Shown: in pieces, positions 49,693 to 60,100 of the stretch
How the letters are laid out: each line of letters starts with the position of its first letter
Position numbering within the stretch: the stretch's first letter is position 1
Assembly: GCA_009859145.1 (NCBI GenBank)
Contig: VRVR01000065.1
Span: 13,253 to 77,252, forward strand
Direction of reading: 5' to 3'
DNA length: 64,000 nt
Source: Andalucia godoyi And28
Taxonomy: Eukaryota; Protista; Jakobida
The notes under the pieces: model-generated
The model's input: only the letters and a program-made list of their open reading frames with translations
What the model was told of the DNA's origin: nothing
Database searches by the model: none
Translations under genes and position numbers: made by a program

Positions 49693-51012
49693 GGGAAATC
49701 ACGTCACAATTCCCTGTCTGTTGGACGGCCCACGGAAATGCACTTGCTGAACGATGAAACGTCAAAGCCCCTTCAGGACCTTGGATCCCAGTTCCGTAGT
49801 GTACAGACGTTGGGTGTCGACTCGCCAAACGATGTTGCAGGGGGTACTTGGTAACCTTGACGACCAGAACAGAACACTGTCCGTTCCAACAGTGCCGTCC
49901 ACCTTTCATTTACCAGACGCTTCCAACTGTCATGAGTTCATTCGTCCAGCGGCTGATTTGAACGCTGGGAAAAGAAACGTGGAAGAAAGCAAGCAGATCA
50001 TTGTGAGGAGCTGGTAAGGTGAAATGCAGATTTTTTTGGGATGTTGACGAGTTGTGCAGGGCGTGGTCCGAAAGAGAGGAGGCAACACAAGCTCGTGCCC
50101 CGTCAAAGAAGAATCGGTGGGAGGAGACCTTTTCTCAGCCTACTTCATAAGGAGACAATCAAAGAAATCAGCAGGGAAAACAGGGCGGGTACAGCGGTGG
50201 AGCGGAAATACAAAGAGCATCTTGGATCGAATTGTCAGTGACAATTTGATACTATGTGTCAGAGTTAAATGCGACTTAAGTCGCAAAAAGGAAAAAAGCG
50301 CGTGCCCGGAGTCGAGCTCTCGTGGCGAATGGAAGGAATTTGGAAAAATGCGCACTCAGATTACATCGTTCAGCTGTCGTGACACGGGGCTCACATCTCC
50401 AGCAAGGGTTCAGTCGGGAGACGACGCTTCAGAGAGGTATGTGAGTGATTGTTAACTGCAGAACGGTCAGTGTGCGTTCTTTCTTCCATACTTCTGTCGC
50501 GAAAGTGTGTGATTTGTCACGTTGCTTCTGGTGGACAACAGATATCGTCTGTTCTTTCTCCTGCTTCTCCTGCTCAAATTGTTTGGTCGTTATCGTCTTT
50601 TTACTCTTCCGATTCAGTGCTTCATTGTTCAGCAGAAATTTACTGAAAATAAAAACCACCCAATTAATAAATTCTCAAAAGGTTTTGTCTGGTGAAAAAC
50701 TTTATGCTTACGAGTAGAAAAAAAGTGAATCCTCGTCATATTCGCACATCCTAAGGATGAAGACGGTGAGTCCCTCAAAGACGATCTGTCTTGCTCATTG
50801 TTTCGCAGCATTTTTCGCTGACTGGCATTCCTAATCACTTTCAGACTCTCCCTGTTATACAACGCCGTCGAGGCAAGAGAGCAGTGTCGCATAGCTGTGA
50901 GAAATCGGTATTCTGTGGCCTCTTGGTATCCTTTGAGGAGTTTTAAAAAACGCACTGGAACGAAACGGTCCAGCGGTTACTCTCGGATATTCGTACTTTA
51001 GAGACGGCATTT

Positions 51013-51991
51013 ATGCAGTTGTCAGCAACGGAACGGCCAGCTCGGTTCTTCAGGCATTTTTCCTGCAGATCCATCCGCAGACCCCTGCTGTTGGAAAATG
51101 CGCTTCAGCTAAACATCACCAACATGCGAACACCATTTGATGTCCAAGATGCCGGCCGCGAAGTGCACGGTTATGGTGAGATATTGTTTGAAGAAGCTGA
51201 AGTGTGCATCTGTTCGGAGAATGCATACTTTGTGTTTTGGCATCGTTTCAGCAAAGGTCGCCTTTACCATAGTGTGTCTGTGGATCTTGGGAACTTCACT
51301 GGTGGAACGATCCACACGTATTTGCACTATACAGGCATGTCGTCTCCCGTTTTCGATGTTGCTCGAATTCCAGGGGCGTTTGAAGCATACATCACGGAAG
51401 GGTATGCTTCGAATAACTTCCCGATATCTATTCGTCTGTTCGAAGAATCAGTTTGCACAATTACTCAACAGTCACGACGGTGTTTTCACATGAAAACCGG
51501 ATGCGCGAGACCCAGACTGCGGAATGCAGTTTCCTCGATCCATACCAAGGAATTGCAGATTTTGGCGGATTTGTCGTGAACACCTCAGCCAACAACTGGA
51601 TCAATATTCTCTGCCGGTGACGTCCACATGCGCACGCATGTCTTGGATTGTAGCGTTTTCCGAAAACAATCCTTGTATGTTGACCACATCGCCGGCCGGC
51701 AGCCGAACACCACCCGCTATGGAATCCACAAATTCACCTCGGCACGGCCACCCGGCGGCAGAAGAGGCGTCGGTGCTCTTCTCGCGGAACGAAGTCAGCA
51801 TCTTTTGCCTGGGCAACCGAGGAAACGTCCACCGATATGTTTACAAGGTGAACCTTTCGTATGAGACGTTTCCCGACGATGATTTCTCGGTTGGTGATGC
51901 AACTGCTTCGGTTGCCTTTCCTGCGCGTCTCTTACATGTCATCATTCTACTGGTCAGAGTGTGTAGCATAATGGTCCTGCAGAGAGAATGA
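51013..51991 (+). pseudogene. Probable surface or secreted protein split across two or three frames
   Basis: Overlapping ORFs 51013-51579 and 51524-51991 have beta-rich extracellular composition and a hydrophobic C-terminus (ARLLHVIILLVRVCSIMVL). Confidence 0.35.
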
Positions 51992-52510
51992 ATGCTGCGT
52001 TCGTTACGTTATGTCTTCCTTTCTTTTTTAATGCCGAATCCGGAACCGTCTCATCCGAATCGTTTCGGCAGGCAGCGAAGGCTGAATGGCCCTAGTGAGG
52101 CAGGGCGACTGCGTAGCCATGCTGCGATCCATCGCGAACGGCAACGTGGATCCAGAGATTGTGCAACACTGTCAGCGTACCTCGCACGTCGTCCAGCTGA
52201 GTCTCTACGCTAGCACCGCAACATCACTTCTGCTTGATTGACGATCCGTTAACCGCACGTTTTCCGAATCCAGAACAGTTCTAAGTTTGTACTATTTTCA
52301 TTCAATACAGTCGCGGTCGACGCCACAATGCGGAGAAGCTACTTGCTGACGAATCTGAAATTCGTATGTATGAGCTGCTTCTCACTTCCTTAAACGAGGA
52401 TGTTGCCGTAAATGATGCAACATTGACCAACTAACAGGATACGAACATTGTCGCCATGGACTGTTGTGTTTCCGTCTTTACTCTAAATAAACAGAGCACG
52501 AGAACAGAAG

Positions 52511-53374
52511 CTAGTTTGCAAAGTGAATAGAACGCAAAAAACGCATCACTGCGGCATAAAACTCGGTTGCGTACTCGAATGGACCAAGATGAGATGCACC
52601 GTGAATGCAGTGCAAGTGGACGGGACCTCCCCATTTTGCACACGAAAAGTCATCAAGAACGTGCGACATAAAAACATCACGATCGCCAGTGATGAGCAGC
52701 ACCGGACATTGCACCTCCGACAAAACATTGCGGACGCTTTCTGCACAATTCTTGATATACGAAAGAAGGACGGAGGATTCAACTGCCTGGTACACAGAAG
52801 AATCCTCGAAGATGTCGGCCTCGATGGCGTCCCAGACTTCTGGCAGCTTGCCGCTGCCCCATCCGATGTACGCCGCTCGATTACCTTGCATGCCAGTCTT
52901 CCACAACTCACGCATTGCATGCAGCATGTCTTCCGGAGACACACCGCCAGGAGTCACTAATCCTGTCGATGGAACAGGTGAATAGAGCGCCATGCCAGTC
53001 ACGTACTCCGGAACAGTCGCTGCAACCAACTCCGCAACTCTTCCGCCAAGGGACCAGGCAACGATGAAGAATTTCTTCACGGACAAGTGCTGAAGCAGTT
53101 CGACAATATCTGCTGCGCAGTCTGGAGAATTCATTGAAGAACAAGTATCTGGCGATGCAGTGTTCAACCATGCAGTCTTCCCATGACCTCTGAGGTCCAC
53201 CGCAACGGTGCGGAATTTCGGCAGATCGGACACCGTTGCCTGGGACAGAAAAAGTCTCCATGTGCGCAAAGACGACGACCCGCTATGAATCAACAGGAGA
53301 GTGACACGATCGCCCTGTTCCCAGTGCGTCGTTTCGTAATGTAGGTGGATGCCGTTGGGGGTATCGAAGAACAT
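52511..53374 (-). CDS. Alpha/beta-fold hydrolase (Abhydrolase_1 type)
   Basis: LLLIHSGSSS, AVDLRGHGKT, nucleophile elbow AWSLGG, LLITGDRD and GASHLGP. The likely start ATG is at 53374. Confidence 0.92.
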   Translation of the reverse strand: MFFDTPNGIHLHYETTHWEQGDRVTLLLIHSGSSSLRTWRLFLSQATVSDLPKFRTVAVDLRGHGKTAWLNTASPDTCSSMNSPDCAADIVELLQHLSVKKFFIVAWSLGGRVAELVAATVPEYVTGMALYSPVPSTGLVTPGGVSPEDMLHAMRELWKTGMQGNRAAYIGWGSGKLPEVWDAIEADIFEDSSVYQAVESSVLLSYIKNCAESVRNVLSEVQCPVLLITGDRDVFMSHVLDDFSCAKWGGPVHLHCIHGASHLGPFEYATEFYAAVMRFLRSIHFAN

Positions 53375-53896
53375 TGGTGCGTGTTTTAGAAACCAAAAAA
53401 GAATAAAACTGTCGAAATAAAATAAACTGGACCTGTGCGCATGTTTTGGCATTTGGATGGTGGACGGATGTCCTGTAAAAAGGAGGATCTGGCAGTTACA
53501 GAGTGTGCTAGCAAGCGTTGTGCAGCAGTCGGACTCCGAGGAATGTTGCTAAGGCGCCCGTCCTAATATTCTCTACGCAGAAAATATCAAGTGCCGTCAA
53601 GCTATCCGTATTCGACAGATGAATCCCCGCCTACGAGCTTCTACGGCAAAGCAGGACGCACTGAAAAGGTGTTTCCAGGTTCCCCGTCAACCGCCAACAT
53701 CGGACGAACGCATGTTCTTCATAATGACAATATGATCCTTTGTGAAGTGCCACGCCGCAGAATGGATTGCTTTTTTTTTTAAACTAAAAAAACGTGGCAA
53801 CAAGAAGTTCCAGCTTGCTACTCGATAGGCAGCAATGCAGGCACAGTATTCTTAGCGGAAACAGAACAAGAAAATAAGCCGGCGCTCAAGGAATAC

Positions 53897-54148
53897 ATGG
53901 AGTTTCTTGAAGAGTGTCCTCGCGAAGACAATAACTGGGACGCATGGGCGATGCATGATGTTGATGATGATGAGGAAGACTCTGATGCGAAGGAGATGGG
54001 CGATGATGATCTCTTTGACTGCTTCTATGAGATGATCTCCGATTTTCCCAGTCGAAATGTGGAGCGGTCTCGTTCACGCATGATAGACACAGATCCAGCT
54101 GCAGATCGAAAAAAGGTTTCAGTAGTACAAACTACGTGGATCAGTTGA
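53897..54148 (+). CDS. Small acidic hypothetical protein, convergent with the Zn2Cys6 gene
   Basis: 83-aa ATG ORF with a D/E-rich tract. Confidence 0.35.
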   Translation: MEFLEECPREDNNWDAWAMHDVDDDEEDSDAKEMGDDDLFDCFYEMISDFPSRNVERSRSRMIDTDPAADRKKVSVVQTTWIS

Positions 54149-54779
54149 CGGAGTGTCCCGAAGTTCCAAAAGCCAACAACTGACTCACAATGTAATGCAG
54201 AACAGGCATTTCGGAGGTGCTGCACTCGGACTGTTCTGGTTGGCTGAGGCGCTCATTCTGTGGAAGAAGCTGCAAAGATTGAGAGAATGAATTAGCCTGT
54301 TGCGCAGAATGTAAAGACGAAGACAGCAGCGAATTCTGGTCATTTCGTGCGCATCCACCTGCAACGTCAATTGCCGACGAGTAACATGTCGTGGGAAATA
54401 CCGGTTGCCATTTCAAGTGTCCTTCGCCACCGACCGCGCAGTACGATTCCTCGGGACAATTACAGAGACCATTGCAACTCCTTTGCAATACGAATCGAGA
54501 AGTAGACGGCATCACCGGATGAACGTCTGCCAAAGAATGGATAAGATTGTAGGCGGACTGCTTGCTCTTACTGCCTGTTGTTGCACTGTGCCAATCGGAA
54601 GATTTCGAACCTTTCTTTGGCCTGCCAGCGGTGATTCCTGTGTAGACACATTGCCGACCAGTCCGGAAGCATCGGTTGCAAACAGGTCCGTGTCGATCGC
54701 ATTTTTTGCGGAGCTGCCGACACGCAAAGCACGAAGTTCTCTGAAGAGATCCTTCTGATTCAGCAGCAACACTGTCCAT
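54141..54779 (-). CDS. Zn2Cys6 binuclear-cluster transcription factor
   Basis: SCFACRQLRKKCDRHGPVCNRCFRTGRQCVY followed by GRPKK; all six Cys are present. Confidence 0.88.
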   Translation of the reverse strand: MDSVAAESEGSLQRTSCFACRQLRKKCDRHGPVCNRCFRTGRQCVYTGITAGRPKKGSKSSDWHSATTGSKSKQSAYNLIHSLADVHPVMPSTSRFVLQRSCNGLCNCPEESYCAVGGEGHLKWQPVFPTTCYSSAIDVAGGCARNDQNSLLSSSLHSAQQANSFSQSLQLLPQNERLSQPEQSECSTSEMPVLHYIVSQLLAFGTSGHSVN

Positions 54780-55502
54780 CCTTGTTTGACCATGAACTTT
54801 ACAAAGCAGAAAGAAGGTATGACAAGAAGAACATTCGTTTTTTCATCTTCACCAAGCTTTTTTGAAGCAGTTCGAGAGACCGTGGCGAGTGTCACCGAAT
54901 CGGTACGTCACGAGACCCCTTTTATTCTGCAGACTCCTGCGGAACGCAGCGTTCACGGGTTTAACAAAGATAGAAAACGCCGCGTTGTCAGATTCGGAAA
55001 ATGGAAGTTTCCGACAATTTTATTGCGAACAAACCGGAGTTTACAAGAACGCACGGGCAGATTCCTCGTCCCACCTGATCGCACACATCAATCTCCGAGC
55101 CGGATGCTCCACAGATGTCAAAACACATGCACTGATCCTGAACGCATGAAACTGTGCATCTGGCTGCGGAAAAAATTAAAATCTCTGTCGTCCTGCGTGC
55201 ATTTGTTGCAAGTCGTCGCTACATTTCGTTCGCGGTTTCACGTTGTCAACAACCATACTGCAACAGAGAACTGCAGTTCTTGAAGCTGCTCCCACTGGGC
55301 TGTGCATCTTACATCACTCGATTTCAGATTGTAGGTCTGGAATGTCCGAGCCGAAACAATTTGAACTGCATTGCATGAAACAAACAGAATGTTTCAAATA
55401 AATACTTGCCGCTCCGACTTTCGACGGTTCGATGGTGTTTACACAACAGTCTCAATGATTCGTCGTGCGATATGCCACGGGCGCTCCATGTTCCAGCGAA
55501 TG

Positions 55503-56354
55503 TTACTTATTGTTGCTCGCTTGATAGGACAGAAACAGAGACAAAAGAGAGTCGATTTCCCAAAATTGGGCCAGGAACCTCGGAGTGAGACTGAAATCAT
55601 TCGGAGTATCATCTGACCACATAGATGTCTGTTTGTTGTTGTCGCAAACTGCGTCGACGGTCGACGCAGTTGATTCGACGCTGCCACTTCGAACGGTTCC
55701 ACTGAATGAATAGCTGCTTTCCAAGTCTCGTATCCCGCAATAAGCCCAGTCCACAGAAGGATGCTTTGGATTGAAAGTGAAGTTGTTAATGCTGGTTCTT
55801 TTTCCACAGACATTGAGACGTCTTTTCTTGGATAGAATGACGAAACTGGGAGAAAGTATCCGAAATAAGAGCTTTCGATTATACGAAGTACGGTCTCCTA
55901 CTTTCGGTTTGCATATCGCCGTTCCGACAATACAAAACTGGAACAATTGTCGGCGTGCACCGTGAACAAAGGACGGCAACTTCCCCAGCGAAAATGGCAC
56001 TGTTTCGCCACACCAATTCCCAGCATCAGTGTAGTGTAGTGAAGATGCATGCGTGCTTCTGGATTTGGTGAACAACAAACCGTCGTCAATCACCGACTGC
56101 GTCTTCACATCCAGTAACCATGTCTGCACCACGAGCTTGCCACTCTTCACAAGCTGAAGAAAGAGCGGACTGCATGGTTTGACAACAAACTCTATGCGGA
56201 AGGAGTATACTGCGGTTCGATACCAAGTCTGATCCTCAAGTCCCCACTCGTGGAAGGAGGTCCTTCCGGACCGCACACAGACTTTTATAACAAAATCGTT
56301 TGCGAACACTTCCTCTGGAGATGTATGTGTCCAATCAAAGCTTTCCGACATCAC
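55503..56354 (-). CDS. Putative p53-like/CudA-type DNA-binding protein
   Basis: LPSFVHGARRQLFQFCI...ILSPSFVILSKKRR matches the lS..H....F.f...S.pf.VlSK pattern and is followed by a basic patch. Confidence 0.5.
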   Translation of the reverse strand: MMSESFDWTHTSPEEVFANDFVIKVCVRSGRTSFHEWGLEDQTWYRTAVYSFRIEFVVKPCSPLFLQLVKSGKLVVQTWLLDVKTQSVIDDGLLFTKSRSTHASSLHYTDAGNWCGETVPFSLGKLPSFVHGARRQLFQFCIVGTAICKPKVGDRTSYNRKLLFRILSPSFVILSKKRRLNVCGKRTSINNFTFNPKHPSVDWAYCGIRDLESSYSFSGTVRSGSVESTASTVDAVCDNNKQTSMWSDDTPNDFSLTPRFLAQFWEIDSLLSLFLSYQASNNK

Positions 56355-57176
56355 ATGTGCGCGCTTCTTGCAGGAAATTCACTAAACTGCAATGTTAACA
56401 GTGTAGAGTAGAAGCAAAAAAGTAAGTCTCGGTTTCTTTGTGATTCGCCGTCGACACTTAAATCTGTGCGATGAAAATGAAAATGAAGACGATATGTGCA
56501 TTATGTAAGGTCCATTTAAACACATCCACGACCACGTTGGAAGTTTTACGAATTGACCCCCGCAATCGATGCGGCTCGTTCAGCAGGATGTTGAAGCACT
56601 CGTCTGTCCAGTACCTGCAATCGCGTACAAGCGGTGGGAGCACGGTACAGTACCATTAGAACGTACAAGTCTTGTTCTGCTCGCCGCTCGCTGCGACTGC
56701 TCTTTTGTATTTCAACTGTTGCAGCAGACAGTAGCTTTTGAAGCTGAAGCGATGTCGGACAGCTTGAACGCTTATTTTTCAAATGCTCTTACGTATTTGT
56801 GGAAAACGCTGGCAGGAAATTCTCATAACCAGATTTCTCCGCGACTTTCATGCTCACCTCTCGGAGCCATTAGACACAAATACGCTGACAAATAATACCA
56901 AAAAGCATCCGCAAACAATAGACAAATGTAACAGCAGGTCCCGGGTTGTTGCTTTGTATTTATTTCAATAAGGTCATATGTACGTGACCCCCCTGCCACA
57001 TTGCGCAATTCCTGTTGCATTTTCCGGCGCAACTCTTCGACGCTTGGACGCCACAGCAAGCGTCCGTGTCGTCCGTACCAGGTCGCATAGCACGTAGCAA
57101 CTCCTCGAGGACATCGAAAAGGTCGTCAATGAACCCCATCGGCTCGCGAAAGCGAAGTCAGTGGTACAGCCAAGTA

Positions 57177-60100
57177 CTAGAATTCTTGGTGAGAGAGATC
57201 ATAGGCAGCAGCGCCAAAATCTTCTGGCACTTCTCTTTCGGGGCCGAGCAAGTACGTGACGGCGCTCTCGTGGCCCTTGAATAGTGAATTGACGCTCGAG
57301 AACTGGTACCACGGGCTGATGAGCTCACAAGTCTCGCGGCTCAGGTGGACGCCATCGATCTTCGGACACGCTTGCTCCAGACGGGCTGCGTAGTTCACAG
57401 AGAACCCGTAGATGTCATACAAATACCGGTTCTTTGAGATGACTCCGGACACCACAGGGCCAGTATGCACACCGCAGCGAACATGCATTCCAAATTCGTT
57501 GACGATCCGGATGACTTCCAAACAGAACTGCACTGCCGCAAGCGCGTCCTTGCGAACATCGAGGTCGCGTTCATGATGGGATCCGTACAAATTGGAGAAA
57601 CGGAGGCCGGTGGCTCCAAACCAGCAGTCACCGATGATCTTCACCTTGAATACACAGAAAGAATCCGCAGCAATATCAAATCGCGTGTACAGATTATCCA
57701 GAAGAGACACGATTGCACCGGGGCCTTCCGCAATTCGATTCTGACAAATCGTCGAGAATCCGACAATGTCGACGAAGATGCACGAGACGTTGGTGTGAGC
57801 AAATGCGATGGGTCGTTCATTGCGCTTCAAGCGATCCACAATCGGAGCCGGCATCATGTTCAGCAACAAATCGGTCGACTTTTGCTTCTCGGCCTCCAGT
57901 AAGGCGCGATTCGTCAGTTCCTTCGAAATATCTCGGATATAGACGTCATAAATAATGCGACCGCGCCGATGCAGTTCAGCGCCATTGGAAACGACGGTCA
58001 CTGCACACGGGAACACACCGGGCTCCTTCGACTTGCCCGTCCTCTCTGATGACGAACTCTCGCCCAAAGATAAATTGGTAGATGAGCTCGAGCGATTTCG
58101 CGAACCACGCTGACCATGCAGCCGGAACTCTCGCGAGCCAGTATATGCCTCTGAAGGGTCTGTTTGCGACAGGAACCTATCAAAGTCCACGAAGGCGTCG
58201 TCACGAATGAAAAAGTCTTCCAGCGGCGAGCCCAAGACATCGAATTCGGTGTGGCGAAACATGCGCAAGAACTTCATATTGGAATCCCGAACAACAAAGC
58301 GTACATCTGCTTTTGTTTTTGTGTTGTGCACACCAACTATCTGGCAAAAAGCAGCGGGCATGGTGCGAATGCTCCATTTTGGACCAGTCAGCATCGGAAA
58401 ATGCGAAATGTACTTGAAATCGGCCTTTGGATCAGATTTTCCACTAAATGTCACACCGGATTTTGTTTCTGATCTTGATTGCACCTCGTCCTCTTCAGAA
58501 GAATACTGCGACGCGCTCGAGGACATGGATTCCCGCGTCTTCTTTGTTCTCAACGCTTTGCTACTGACCAGAGTTCCCGACGACATGAACGAGACCTCTC
58601 GGGGATTCGAATACAGTGTATCGAGCGAAAGCGAGCACAATATTTTTCGCATCTGCAATTCACGGCGCTCCAAGTGCCGAAGTGCATTGTGGAAACAAAA
58701 CAAATAAATGAGCAGAAATCCAATAAACGACACAGCAAAGAACACATTCACAACCGTCACATACGCGTCGCTTCGGTTGCTGTAGTACGAAACAAGGAGA
58801 CGATATACAGTATCCATCTTTTCGGGTATGATCGAAAAGAGCAATGGCTGGAGACGGCTCTTGTACACGGTCCACAATACAGACTCGTCGACGCCCGTCG
58901 TGATCATACTGACGACGTCGTCGTACACGGTGGAGACATCTGCAGCGAGAGAACGGGCAGCGTTGTCTGGAAAATAAACAGGATACAAGGATGCAGAGCG
59001 AGGAGTGAAGAGGGCATCGCGAATTTCGTCAGAATAGCCCGGGATTCCATCGGTGTGCGATCCGTCACCGCTTACCAAATTTGCCCAGTTCTGAAGAGCC
59101 TGTGATGAAAGCTGTTGAGAAGTCAGAATATACAGAGGAGCCAACAACGATTCAGGAAACTGAGGAAAGCCAATCTTTAGCACCGTCGGATACGAGATTG
59201 GAAACAGTTCAATGGCCGATCCGACAGCTCGCGAAAAGAGGCCCTGTATAGACGTGATGTACTCCAGTTCATAAATGGCCTTGCGAGTGTCTGATACATT
59301 CAAGAACAACACGAGTGTGAATACTTGACAATACAACATGATTATCAACATTGCAGATCCTATCAACAGCCCAGCGTAGAGATACCGGTGCGTGCCCAAT
59401 TTAGTCGCAACAACTGATGCTGACAGAGCGGAAAGATGGGACTCCGCAGCATGCACGAAATTAGGATCTGTTTCATCTAGTTTTTTGATTCGCAAAGTGT
59501 TGGTATGCAGACGAATCCCTTCCGTTGACCCTTTTCGTCGGCTTCCACTGTTGATGTCTTCAGTGGATAGATCCCTCACGATGCGGGCATGCTCCTCGCT
59601 GAGTGCGTACTTGTCGAAATCCAAATTGAGAAACATCATCCTCTTTTGGTCATTATACGTCTTCACCAAGAACGGAATGATGATGAACACCAAGCATGCA
59701 AACGTAATGCAAAATGCACACAACGAGCACGTGAGCACAATGTCGAAAAGGCCGTCGACGTAACTCTCGGTCTCTTTTTGATAATGCGGAACGGAACTTT
59801 GTGCAGCGTTCCACGCAGTGACTAGACTGTTAAACCAGCCTGACAGCAACGACTCCACGCAGATGTTTCGCAAGTTGGAAAGGGGATATGAAGTATTCGC
59901 ATAATACTGCGACCCAAACATAGCCGGATCTTGTGAGCACTCCACAACCTGTTGCAGTACTGGTTCATATGCTCGAAGAACACTGGACATTGTGATCGTA
60001 GAGAACACATGTGCATAGTTACTGGAAATGGTGATATTCTGCACACTTCTGTTCGACGGAGAAAACGGAATTTCCACAAAGAAGGACATGTCGGTTGCAA

